Below, one piece after another: positions 9,146 through 18,233 of a DNA stretch of 64,000 nt. The DNA is taken from positions 1,823-65,822 of the forward strand of contig JACRDK010000006.1 of NCBI GenBank assembly GCA_016218585.1, given 5' to 3'. This DNA comes from Candidatus Doudnabacteria bacterium. GTDB taxonomy: Bacteria > Patescibacteriota > Doudnabacteria > UBA920. A program made the position numbers and the translations under genes. The stretch's first letter is position 1. The number at the start of each line of letters is the position of its first letter. Below the pieces are notes generated by a model. That model searched no databases. It worked only from the letters and a program-made list of their open reading frames with translations, and was not told the origin of the DNA.

Positions 9146-9487
9146 ATGAACGAATTTGAAGGCAGTGAAAACCCATTTAAGGATTTAGAAGAAAAAACCA
9201 AGCCTCATTACATCGAGGAAATGAGAAACTTCATACTTGTAGCTTACTTTGGAGAAGAAGTCTATAATAAATTTCTTGATTTAAATAAAGACTACGATGA
9301 AAGTGATGATCTCCTCAAAGAAGTAGGCAAGATGGAAAAGGACTTGGGGAATTTAGATTCAGAGGAACAACTTATTTCTTACGCAGAAGATCGTGGAATA
9401 CTTATTAGCGCGGAAGATTTAGCAATCATACAAAGCAGGGCATTAGATAATTTAAGCTTCGATTCATCATCGGAAGAAGAAAATTAA
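9146..9487 (+). CDS. hypothetical acidic protein inserted between atpG and atpD
   Basis: 113 aa, highly acidic. C-terminal half (LDSEEQLISYAEDRGILISAEDL) is weakly reminiscent of Nif11-type helical domains; low confidence. Confidence 0.45.
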   Translation: MNEFEGSENPFKDLEEKTKPHYIEEMRNFILVAYFGEEVYNKFLDLNKDYDESDDLLKEVGKMEKDLGNLDSEEQLISYAEDRGILISAEDLAIIQSRALDNLSFDSSSEEEN

Positions 9488-9556
9488 TAATTTATACCAT
9501 TCCTATAATGCTTAAGCAAGTCGAAGAATCCTTTGCTTGGGGATCGATATGGGTAA

Positions 9557-10966
<1,410 letters not shown>

Positions 10967-10972
10967 TCTTGC

Positions 10973-11104
10973 AAATTAACCTAATTATTAATTATTTTAA
11001 GTGCTCTAAATAAATACTAATCCCCAATTTATAAATATTTGACATTCAGTATTGGGTATTATTTAGGATAATTAGGTCAATTAGAATAATTAAAATAATT
11101 TACA
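10973..11104. repeat. ~130-bp inverted-repeat (MITE-like) element, copy 2
   Basis: Homologous arms to 5765-5895. Confidence 0.55.
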
Positions 11105-11127
11105 ATTTTATTTAGCAAACAAACAAC

Positions 11128-11580
11128 ATGAATAACATATCCTTTAAATTAGTAACCCCCGAACGCACTGTTCTAGACCAGGAACTGGTGAGTTTAACTT
11201 GTCCGACAACTTTAGGACAAATTACCATCCTGCCTGGGCACGCCAGCCTTGTGGCAACCCTTATTCCCGGGGAACTCCATGCCAGAACCGGCAAAGATGA
11301 CTTCTATATTTTTGTCTCCGGCGGATTTGTTCAAGTTAATCCAAACAGCGAGGTTATTGTTTTAGCAGACTCTGCCGAACATCATCACGAAATTGACCTG
11401 AAGCGCGCTGAAGAAGCCCGCGCCAGAGCGCAAAAAGCCCTTACTGAACAAAAACTTTCCGACGAAGAATATGCAAAAGTTGCCGCGGCGCTGGAAAGAA
11501 GCACTGGAAGATTAAATATAAAGCGCAAACACTCTCATAGAAAAAATCCTCTCGCCGGCGAAGCGGTGTTTAAAGAATAA
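11128..11580 (+). CDS. atpC: F0F1 ATP synthase subunit epsilon
   Basis: Beta-sandwich plus helical C-terminus, operon position. Confidence 0.85.
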   Translation: MNNISFKLVTPERTVLDQELVSLTCPTTLGQITILPGHASLVATLIPGELHARTGKDDFYIFVSGGFVQVNPNSEVIVLADSAEHHHEIDLKRAEEARARAQKALTEQKLSDEEYAKVAAALERSTGRLNIKRKHSHRKNPLAGEAVFKE

Positions 11581-11596
11581 TTCAAATAATTTTTGT

Positions 11597-12307
11597 ATGA
11601 GATACTACTTTCTTGCGCATACAAAATTAGAAAAGTTTGGAGAAAAAATATTTTTCACGCTTGTGGAAAACTTTTCCCAAACTTTTTTTGTTGGCGGGGC
11701 AGTTCGCGACCTTCTGCTAAAGAAAAGCGTAACGGATATTGATATTGCAACTGAAGCAAGCCCGGATGAGGTCCTAAAATTGCTGGATGCCGCCGGCATT
11801 TTACACGACGACAGTTATAAAAATTTTGGTGTAATAGTTGCTAAGCAGGGGAGTCTAAAAGTAGAAATCGCAACCTTACGGAAAGACCTGAAGACTGCGG
11901 GACGCTATCCAAAAACCAAGTTTGTTAAGAGTGCCAAAATAGACAGTCAAAGAAGAGACTTTACTATAAATGCCTTATATTTAAGCCTAAAAACTAATGA
12001 AATTTTAGACTTTCACAACGGTCTGATAGATTTAAAGAGTAGGGTTTTAAGATTTATTGGCAAACCTGAAAAACGCATAGCAGAAGACCCATTAAGAATT
12101 ATTAGGGCATTAAGATTCTCTTTGGTTTTAAATTTTAAATTAGAAAAAAAATCTTTTTTTGCCTTAAAAAAATATTTTTACTCAGTTAAAAATTTAACTT
12201 TGACAAGAATTAACAAAGAGCTTGAAAAAATCTCTGACAAAAAAATAAAATTACTTTTGAAAAGCGTGCTTGACAACAAAAAAGTTCTTGACAAACATTT
12301 TAAATAG
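11597..12307 (+). CDS. tRNA nucleotidyltransferase/poly(A) polymerase family protein (head domain only, 236 aa)
   Basis: GGAVRDLLL...DIDIAT nucleotidyltransferase motif, RRDFTINAL motif. Lacks body/tail/HD regions. Confidence 0.7.
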   Translation: MRYYFLAHTKLEKFGEKIFFTLVENFSQTFFVGGAVRDLLLKKSVTDIDIATEASPDEVLKLLDAAGILHDDSYKNFGVIVAKQGSLKVEIATLRKDLKTAGRYPKTKFVKSAKIDSQRRDFTINALYLSLKTNEILDFHNGLIDLKSRVLRFIGKPEKRIAEDPLRIIRALRFSLVLNFKLEKKSFFALKKYFYSVKNLTLTRINKELEKISDKKIKLLLKSVLDNKKVLDKHFK

Positions 12308-12474
12308 CGGTAGAATAAATTTATAGTTAGTAAAAGACAAAACGGAAACGAAAATCCTTGGGGGAAAAAACAGAAAATATTTTTTAGCACTACTCTCTTG
12401 GGAATAAATCCCAAAGGTAGAAAATTAAGAAGAGTTGACCAAAACTAGTTGGCTCTTCAGGGAGACTAGCCCAA

Positions 12475-12552
12475 ATGGCTACAAAGAAAAAAGCGAAGAA
12501 AAAAGTCGCCAAAAAGAAGACCACAAAAAAGTCTTCTAAGAAGCGCGCTTAA
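12475..12552 (+). CDS. 25-aa lysine-rich micro-ORF (MATKKKAKKKVAKKKTTKKSSKKRA)
   Basis: GGGAG SD-like 10 nt upstream, followed by a terminator hairpin; below the ORF-track size cut-off. Confidence 0.3.
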   Translation: MATKKKAKKKVAKKKTTKKSSKKRA

Positions 12553-12577
12553 TCTTCCAAGCTCTAAAAAGAGCAGC

Positions 12578-12616
12578 AAAAATCATCCTCAAAACTAGGA
12601 TGATTTTTGTTTTTAG
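12578..12616 (+). terminator. rho-independent terminator (aatcatcct/aggatgatt + T-run)
   Basis: 9-bp stem, 7-nt loop, T-run. Confidence 0.5.
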
Positions 12617-12635
12617 AATGCCCAAGCAGTATCTT

Positions 12636-12664
12636 GCCAAATTTCAAAATATTAAGTATACTAT
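12636..12664 (+). promoter_or_regulatory. sigma70-like promoter for tRNA cluster (TTGCCA-17-TACTAT)
   Basis: -35 TTGCCA at 12636-12641, 17-nt spacer, -10-like hexamer ending ~15 nt before tRNA-fMet. Confidence 0.4.
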
Positions 12665-12679
12665 ATGGAGTTTGCATAT

Positions 12680-12755
12680 CGCGGGATAGAGCAATTGGCA
12701 GCTCGCAAGGCTCATAACCTTGAGGTTCCCGGTTCGAGTCCGGGTCCCGCAACCA
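12680..12755 (+). tRNA. initiator tRNA-fMet (CAT)
   Basis: C1·A72 mismatch, anticodon loop CTCATAA. Near-identical acceptor/T-arm to E. coli tRNAfMet (…TCCCGCAACCA). Confidence 0.8.
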
Positions 12756-12818
12756 AGCTAGCACTGGAGAGTATCAAGTTTTAACTTGGTGAAAAACCAT
12801 AAAATCGTGACAGATTTT

Positions 12819-12845
12819 AGCCTTCTGTCCGAAGGCTTTTTGTTA
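12819..12845 (+). terminator. terminator agccttcTGTCCgaaggct + T-run
   Basis: 7-bp stem, T5. Confidence 0.5.
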
Positions 12846-12853
12846 AAAAATGA

Positions 12854-12930
12854 GCCGGAGTAGCTCAGTTAGTTAGAGCGTGGGACTCATAAGCCCAAGG
12901 TCAGAGGTGCAATTCCTCTCTCCGGCACCA
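12854..12930 (+). tRNA. tRNA-Met elongator or tRNA-Ile2 (anticodon CAT)
   Basis: G1-C72 paired acceptor GCCGGAG/CTCCGGC, loop CTCATAA. Identity Met vs Ile2(lysidine) not decidable from sequence. Confidence 0.75.
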
Positions 12931-13011
12931 GTGGCAAGTTACAAGTTTATCAAGAATATAAAGTTCCTAGTACTTGATAAACCTTATAACTTTTTACCTT
13001 ACAACTTATAC

Positions 13012-13084
13012 GGGACCGTAGCTCAATTGGTTACCCGCCCGAACGTACCGTTCGGTACGGGCGGGGAGCACTCGCCTGTCACGC
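13012..13084 (+). pseudogene. truncated 5' copy of tRNA-Asp (acceptor through anticodon loop) with a 32-nt GC hairpin insertion in the D-loop
   Basis: 13012-13033 and 13066-13084 are identical to 13334-13374 of the intact tRNA-Asp. Inserted cccgcccgaacgtaccgttcggtacgggcggg at 13034-13065. No T-arm follows. Confidence 0.7.
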
Positions 13085-13097
13085 TTAAAGTTAAATT

Positions 13098-13356
13098 ATG
13101 TATACTGTATACATATTAAAAGATGGCTTAGGAAATCTATATAAAGGTTTTACTAATGACTTAGAAAGGAGATTTAAGGAACACAGGCAAGGTAGAACTA
13201 AAACAACTAAAAAAAATGGAGAGTCTCGAAATAATTTATACTGAGAATTTAAATTCGAGAATTGAGGCAAGAAAAAGAGAAAAGTATTTAAAATCAGCCG
13301 CAGGAAGAAGATTCCTGAAATCAATAGGTATATGGGACCGTAGCTCAATTGGTTAG
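13098..13356 (+). pseudogene. small GIY-YIG (COG2827/YhbQ-like) nuclease gene interrupted by a frameshift in an A8 run
   Basis: N-terminal part MYTVYILKDGLGNLYKGFTNDLERRFKEHRQG matches the GIY-YIG motif. After a +1 shift at A8 (13209-13216) the frame continues ...LEIIYTENLNSRIEARKREKYLKSAAGRRFLKS, ending inside tRNA-Asp. Confidence 0.6.
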
Positions 13357-13410
13357 AGCACTCGCCTGTCACGCGAGAGGTTACGGGTTCGAGCCCCGCC
13401 GGTCCCGCCA
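13334..13410 (+). tRNA. tRNA-Asp (GTC)
   Basis: GGGACCG...CGGTCCC+G+CCA, anticodon loop CTGTCAC, T-loop GGTTCGAGCCC. Confidence 0.85.
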
Positions 13411-13412
13411 TT

Positions 13413-13441
13413 AAAAACCACCAATTATATTGGTGGTTTTT
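13413..13441 (+). terminator. terminator aaaaaccaccaatTATattggtggttttt
   Basis: 13-bp stem flanked by A- and T-runs (bidirectional). Confidence 0.55.
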
Positions 13442-13515
13442 AATTATACCCAATGAGGCTCGAATAAAAGGCAAAAAGTGTTATAATTTAAAAGTAATAT
13501 TAACAAAATAAAAAC

Positions 13516-13899
13516 ATGATTTATGTAATAGAATTTATAATAGCCTTCATCGGCGGGTTTATTGTGGGGCTAATCAACAAGAACCTTGTTAAGGGGGTTA
13601 TTAACGGCTCAATGATATTACCGAAGCATAGACACTCACTTTATAGCGCCGGTGATTATGAAAAGCTGGGAGGTTTTCGATCCAAATTTCTTGGAATTTT
13701 TATGCTTTTAGCGTCAATTGCCATAGTGGGCATTTTGCTTTATGATCTCATACTTCTAAAACCCTTTATTGATAACTTTGGCGATCCTGCTTTTTATTTA
13801 AAGTTGTTAGGTTTTATAGTTGGTATATATTACGGAGTTAAAATTATTTCAGGCACAATAAGACAGCAAATGGACATCAAGGACGAGGGTTTAAAATAA
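13516..13899 (+). CDS. hypothetical membrane protein
   Basis: 127 aa with several hydrophobic helices. Confidence 0.45.
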   Translation: MIYVIEFIIAFIGGFIVGLINKNLVKGVINGSMILPKHRHSLYSAGDYEKLGGFRSKFLGIFMLLASIAIVGILLYDLILLKPFIDNFGDPAFYLKLLGFIVGIYYGVKIISGTIRQQMDIKDEGLK

Positions 13900-13991
13900 A
13901 TATCCTAATATAATTTTTGAATAAATTTTGGCACCTCAAACCATTCTGGATGTTTATAGTGATATAATGAGGTTAAATAACTAAAACTACT

Positions 13992-14426
13992 ATGACATTA
14001 AACAAAAAAATAAGTCTTGGGGTAATAATTCTGCTTTTAATTGTTGCCGGAATTTCTGTTTATTTTAAATATCAAAAGAAAGACGCTGCGCCGGAGCAAA
14101 CAATAAAGTCTTCATATAAGCCCAACAAAATAGATGTGGTGGACAAAACAAACCTCCCGGCAGGAGAAAAAGACCAAGTAACAAAAGCGGTTGACGACTT
14201 TATGAATCAATACAAGCTGCCGCATAGCGAAACACAGAATGCTTATGTCCTACAAATAGAAAAACGTTTAAATGACGCCTTAGAAGTTAAAACTGATCCG
14301 GATAAAGCAAAGAGCGACACCAATACAACAATATATTTAAGAAAGACTAACAATCAATGGGAAGTAGATAAAACTGCTGGGCCGTGGTGCACACTGGAAG
14401 AATTTGAGCAAAATAATTGCAATTAA
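13992..14426 (+). CDS. hypothetical protein with N-terminal signal/anchor
   Basis: N-terminal hydrophobic segment then polar domain. Confidence 0.45.
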   Translation: MTLNKKISLGVIILLLIVAGISVYFKYQKKDAAPEQTIKSSYKPNKIDVVDKTNLPAGEKDQVTKAVDDFMNQYKLPHSETQNAYVLQIEKRLNDALEVKTDPDKAKSDTNTTIYLRKTNNQWEVDKTAGPWCTLEEFEQNNCN

Positions 14427-14490
14427 ATACTTAAAAATGTTCAAGGCCGGACAACGAGGAGTTGTCCGGCCTAAAGTAGCAACGCAGATG

Positions 14491-14871
14491 CTAACCAACA
14501 TACCTGGGCTTACGGTCCGCAACCTTAAAACAGGCAGACCATTCCGACGCGCCTTTCCGCTCATGGAAACCGCCGCCATCCAGCTCGGCATCGCCCAACA
14601 CCAGTAGAATCTGCCGCACGTGAAGGTTATACAAATCCATTGCCCGATAAAGCTCTTTGGTCTTTGGATTGATTGGTTTCGGAGATTTTAGCATCCTTTG
14701 GCCTTTCTGATCCAAAGTTCCTTCAAAAAATGTCTGGACAAACGGAGTGCCAGGACCGTTTACCTGTTGGTATACTATCCTAATTTTACTCACGTGTCCG
14801 AGAAGCTTCCTAAGCCTGTTCTTCTTGAGCCTTTTTTTCTTCTCTTCTGCCGTTTCCGTTTTCACCTTCAT
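14491..14871 (-). CDS. hypothetical basic protein (GC-rich islet)
   Basis: Start at MKVKTET preceded by strong SD AAAGGGAGGAG and extended -10 TGGTATAAT. Local GC clearly above the window average. Confidence 0.45.
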   Translation of the reverse strand: MKVKTETAEEKKKRLKKNRLRKLLGHVSKIRIVYQQVNGPGTPFVQTFFEGTLDQKGQRMLKSPKPINPKTKELYRAMDLYNLHVRQILLVLGDAELDGGGFHERKGASEWSACFKVADRKPRYVG

Positions 14872-14898
14872 ACTCCTCCCTTTCTTTTCCAGGCACTG

Positions 14899-14907
14899 AT
14901 TATACCA
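14899..14907 (-). promoter_or_regulatory. extended -10 element TGGTATAAT upstream of 14871 gene
   Basis: Reverse complement of attatacca, ~20 nt upstream of SD/start. Confidence 0.35.
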
Positions 14908-14923
14908 AATATTTTGCAAATTT

Positions 14924-14950
14924 AAAAGACCCTTATTATTAGGGTCTTTT
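14924..14950. terminator. bidirectional terminator aaaagacccTTATTATTagggtctttt
   Basis: 9-bp stem flanked by A4/T4. Confidence 0.55.
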
Positions 14951-14976
14951 AAATTAGAAACCGCAATTATTCTTAA

Positions 14977-15168
14977 TTACCCATGAAAATCCGGAGGTAC
15001 CGGGTGATTAACAATTCGCCCTGTTGCTGGAGGCTCATTGTCCGAGGGCTCCACAAGAGACCTTTCGGCAGCAGCATTAGCCAAATCAGGGTTTCGGTCC
15101 GCAAAGGCTTCAAAATCTTTGCCTGTAAGGTTGTGATTTATCCCTTCCTCAACATTGTTTCTTGACAT
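14977..15168 (-). CDS. hypothetical acidic 63-aa protein (GC-rich islet)
   Basis: ORF ending just before the terminator at 14924-14950. No domain recognised. Confidence 0.3.
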   Translation of the reverse strand: MSRNNVEEGINHNLTGKDFEAFADRNPDLANAAAERSLVEPSDNEPPATGRIVNHPVPPDFHG

Positions 15169-15215
15169 GGTTATTTATGTTTAACTTAATGATACTTTTA
15201 TGATAAACTATATTT

Positions 15216-16238
15216 ATGAATTCAACAATATTATATCTCATTTTAGGTGTATTTTTAGCCGGGTTTGGGGTTTTGGTTTACATTATTATCGGTCTTAAAA
15301 AACAAGCTGAAAAACCAAGCGACGACCAGTCATTAAAGATAATGATGGAGTGGATGAAGGAAATTAAGCAGGGAACAGATACAACCCGCGAAGGCGTGCA
15401 AAAAAGCATTAACGAAACAAACAAGGCAATTAATGAGAGGCTAGATAACGCCGGCCGGGTCATTGCCCAATTAACCAAAGAACTTGGCGGCATTTCTCAG
15501 GTAGGGCCGGATATTCGCCGTTTAACCGAGACCTTAGCCAGCCCAAAGTTGCGCGGCAACTTTGGTGAAGAAATGCTGGAAAATATGTTGTCCCAGGCGC
15601 TGCCTAAAAGCGGTTTTGAAATTCAGCATAAATTTAAAAACGGAGAGGTTGTAGATGCCATTATTTACGTTGGCGAAAAAATTCTGCCCATAGACAGCAA
15701 ATTCAGCATGGAAAACTTTAGGCTATACAAGGAAGCCACCACCGAAGAAGCAGCTGAAGCGCTTAAAAAAACATTTTTAAAAGATGTAAAAAAGCGCATT
15801 GACGAAATCCACAAGAAATACATCTTACCTCAAGAAAATACTTTTGATTTTGCCTTAATGTACATTCCTTCGGAAGGAGTCTTTAGCGAAGTTTTGGACG
15901 ACAGCAATACCTTAACCTACGGCCGCGATAAAAAGGTTTATTTTGTTAGCCCCAACACCCTTTACCACCATTTGCAAATTATTTTACTGTCTTTGCGCGG
16001 ACAAAAAGTGAACCAGGCCGCCCAACAAATATTGGCAATGATTTCCGGAATTAAACAGGAGTCGGATAAATTTGGCCGCAACCTGGAAGTATTAGGCAAC
16101 CATATTAAAAATGCGGGCAACACTATGGGCACGGTAACTAATGACTTTGCCAAATTAAAAACCAGCATTACCAATGCCTCGTCTTTAAAATTAGAAGATG
16201 CTAAAGAGCCGGCAATAGTACAAAAGCTTTTAGACTAA
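15216..16238 (+). CDS. rmuC: DNA recombination protein RmuC
   Basis: N-terminal TM plus coiled coil. C-terminal nuclease-like region with conserved PIDSKF...YILP...MYIPSEG pattern. Confidence 0.75.
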   Translation: MNSTILYLILGVFLAGFGVLVYIIIGLKKQAEKPSDDQSLKIMMEWMKEIKQGTDTTREGVQKSINETNKAINERLDNAGRVIAQLTKELGGISQVGPDIRRLTETLASPKLRGNFGEEMLENMLSQALPKSGFEIQHKFKNGEVVDAIIYVGEKILPIDSKFSMENFRLYKEATTEEAAEALKKTFLKDVKKRIDEIHKKYILPQENTFDFALMYIPSEGVFSEVLDDSNTLTYGRDKKVYFVSPNTLYHHLQIILLSLRGQKVNQAAQQILAMISGIKQESDKFGRNLEVLGNHIKNAGNTMGTVTNDFAKLKTSITNASSLKLEDAKEPAIVQKLLD

Positions 16239-16263
16239 ATCTACAAAACTTCGAAAATACGAA

Positions 16264-16700
16264 TCTACAAATGACTACAAATTTTCACCAACCAAACGTA
16301 GTTCAAAATAATAAAGTTTTATATAAAGACTTAAGCTATAAAATCGGGGGCATATTTTTTGAAGTTCATAAGGAGTTAGGTTCATTTGCACGTGAAAAAC
16401 AATATTGTGATTTATTTGAACAAAAATTAAAGGAGCAAGCTGTTAAATACAAACGCGAACTAAGACTTGGCGATTCTGGAAATATTGTTGATTTTGAAAT
16501 TGACGATAAAATTATTATTGATTTAAAGCTGTCCCGTTTCTAACATCAGAACATTATAACCAGGTGAAAAGATATCTTTATCAAACCGGTTTTTCATTGG
16601 GCTTATTAGTAAATTTTAGAGACAAACGTATTAACGCTAAACGGATTTTAAATATTAACAATTTACGTAATTCTGCAGAGCATTTGTAGTCATTTGTAGA
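16264..16700. mobile_element. cassette bounded by perfect 19-bp inverted repeats (TCTACAAATGACTACAAAT / ATTTGTAGTCATTTGTAGA) enclosing a GxxExxY-family gene
   Basis: The IRs are exact reverse complements. The gene ATG lies in the left IR and the stop (in the corrected frame) in the right IR. Confidence 0.5.
16271..16689 (+). pseudogene. GxxExxY / PD-(D/E)XK (PDDEXK_3) family protein, -1 frameshift in an A-run near 16530
   Basis: IGGIFFEVHKELG...DFEIDDKIIIDLK, then after a shift AVPFLTSEHYNQVKRYLYQTGFSLGLLVNF, matching the family consensus (ELKAV..L...H.AQ...YL...G...GLLINF). Confidence 0.6.
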
Positions 16701-16729
16701 ATTAGTAAAATTTGAGGTTTTGTAGTTTT

Positions 16730-17239
16730 ATGTCTATCCGAAACGCAGATCAAAGAGTAGGAGTATTTGTAGATGTGCAAAATTTATATTACTCGGCGCG
16801 GAATATTTATTCTGCCAGAGTTAAATTTAATGAGGTTTTAGACGCGGCTGTTGCCGGACGAAAACTTATTCGCGCCATTGCTTATGTAGTTGAAGCCAAC
16901 ATGCCGGAAGAAGAAAGTTTTTTTGAAGCTTTGGAAAAAGCCGGTTTTGAAGTTAAACGAAAAGAGCTTCAAACTTTTGCCGGAGGGCATCAAAAAGGGG
17001 ATTGGGACGTAGGCATTGCTATGGATATAGTGAAATTAATGAATAAATTAGACGTGGTGGTGCTTTGCAGCGGCGACGGCGACTATGCGCCATTGCTGGA
17101 ATATATGCAGATGTCAGGCCAGTTTACCGAGACTGTGGCCTTCGGCAAAAGCTGCAGCGGCAAAATAAAAGAGCTGACCGATTATTTTATTGACTTGGAC
17201 GAAAACCCAAGAAAATATTTAATGCCAATAAAAAAGTAA
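16730..17239 (+). CDS. NYN-domain (LabA-like) protein
   Basis: RVGVFVDVQNLYY...GDWDVGIAMD...VVLCSGDGDYAPL signature. ATG at 16730 preferred over TTG at 16712. Confidence 0.75.
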   Translation: MSIRNADQRVGVFVDVQNLYYSARNIYSARVKFNEVLDAAVAGRKLIRAIAYVVEANMPEEESFFEALEKAGFEVKRKELQTFAGGHQKGDWDVGIAMDIVKLMNKLDVVVLCSGDGDYAPLLEYMQMSGQFTETVAFGKSCSGKIKELTDYFIDLDENPRKYLMPIKK

Positions 17240-17322
17240 AGATTGAATTAATATTAAAACAACCAACTGGAAAAGTTTTATACACGAGCCTCTTAATATT
17301 AATTATTTAAGCAAACAAAAAT

Positions 17323-17796
17323 ATGAAATCGGGATTTTACAGGCCAGACTCCGAGCAAGCCAAGCGCTTCATTGAGCAGACGGACAAGGCAGCGAAGAGC
17401 GCCGAATCTGAAACACCAGAACTTAAGAAAACACCTGTCGGGGATTTTGGTGTCAATATAGGAACTCAGGAGGGCACAAAAAATCCCAGGCAACAAGAAT
17501 CCAAGCCCCGGAGAAAAAATTATCCTGCTGAAAGAAAGCCAGCGATTCAAATAAACATACAAGAAATAGACAAAGCTTGCTCCTATATTGCGGAACAAAT
17601 CTTAACGGAAAAGGACAAAATAATTACTCTCAGTTCTTTGTATGACATTGTCGCGCGAACGTTTCCAGAACTGGATATAAAAAACGAAACTGTTAAAAGA
17701 CTCTTAAAAACAAGGCTTCCAAGATTTGGTGTTAGCAGAAAAGAAAAAGATGAGCTTATAAAACAACCTTACTATGAAAACAGTAATAGACACTAA
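17323..17796 (+). CDS. hypothetical protein overlapping the PIN gene (candidate partner/antitoxin)
   Basis: 157 aa, overlaps downstream PIN ORF by 23 nt. Confidence 0.45.
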   Translation: MKSGFYRPDSEQAKRFIEQTDKAAKSAESETPELKKTPVGDFGVNIGTQEGTKNPRQQESKPRRKNYPAERKPAIQINIQEIDKACSYIAEQILTEKDKIITLSSLYDIVARTFPELDIKNETVKRLLKTRLPRFGVSRKEKDELIKQPYYENSNRH

Positions 17797-18226
17797 CGTC
17801 CTTATAAATGGATTTAAAGATGAGTATTCCTACGAAAAAAGAATAATTGACGCGGTTATAGGGGGAGAAATTAAAGCTTTTGCCAACCGCCAAACTTTGC
17901 GCGAGAATAAATTAATATCCTCCCAACTGATTGATAATGATGACTACCACGGAGAATTGGAAAAATTATTCTCTAAAATTAATTGGGTTGTTAACAAACG
18001 GCAAATTAATGTTGTGCGAGACCCGGAAGACAATAAAATTCTGGAAAGCGCCGTTGAAGCAAATGCTGAATATTTAATTACAAGCGACAATGATTTACTA
18101 ATGTTGGAAAAATTTCAAGGCATTCAAATTGTCACCCCTCAGCAATTTTGGAATGTTTACCAAGACCACGACAATGACTTATGGAAACAGTGGACGAATT
18201 TTATTACTAAAGACAGAACCAAATAA
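17774..18226 (+). CDS. PIN-domain protein (PIN_3/TIGR00305-like putative toxin)
   Basis: VIDTNVLI...DPEDNKILESAVEANAEYLITSDNDLL. Confidence 0.7.
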   Translation: MKTVIDTNVLINGFKDEYSYEKRIIDAVIGGEIKAFANRQTLRENKLISSQLIDNDDYHGELEKLFSKINWVVNKRQINVVRDPEDNKILESAVEANAEYLITSDNDLLMLEKFQGIQIVTPQQFWNVYQDHDNDLWKQWTNFITKDRTK

Positions 18227-18233
18227 TTTTACA

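Noticed and set aside
13012-13410. Possibility that tRNA-Asp carries a group I or spliceosomal-type intron encoding the GIY-YIG ORF
   Set aside because: The downstream tRNA-Asp is complete and uninterrupted, and the upstream segment duplicates the 5' half rather than forming a split exon. No group I core (P, Q, R, S) sequences are evident.
12880-13474. ORF-track CDSs 12880-13119 (+) and 13091-13474 (-) overlapping the tRNA cluster
   Set aside because: They run through tRNA-Met, the tRNA-Asp copies and the GIY-YIG region; no domain and no start context. They are artefacts of long stop-free stretches across structured RNA genes.
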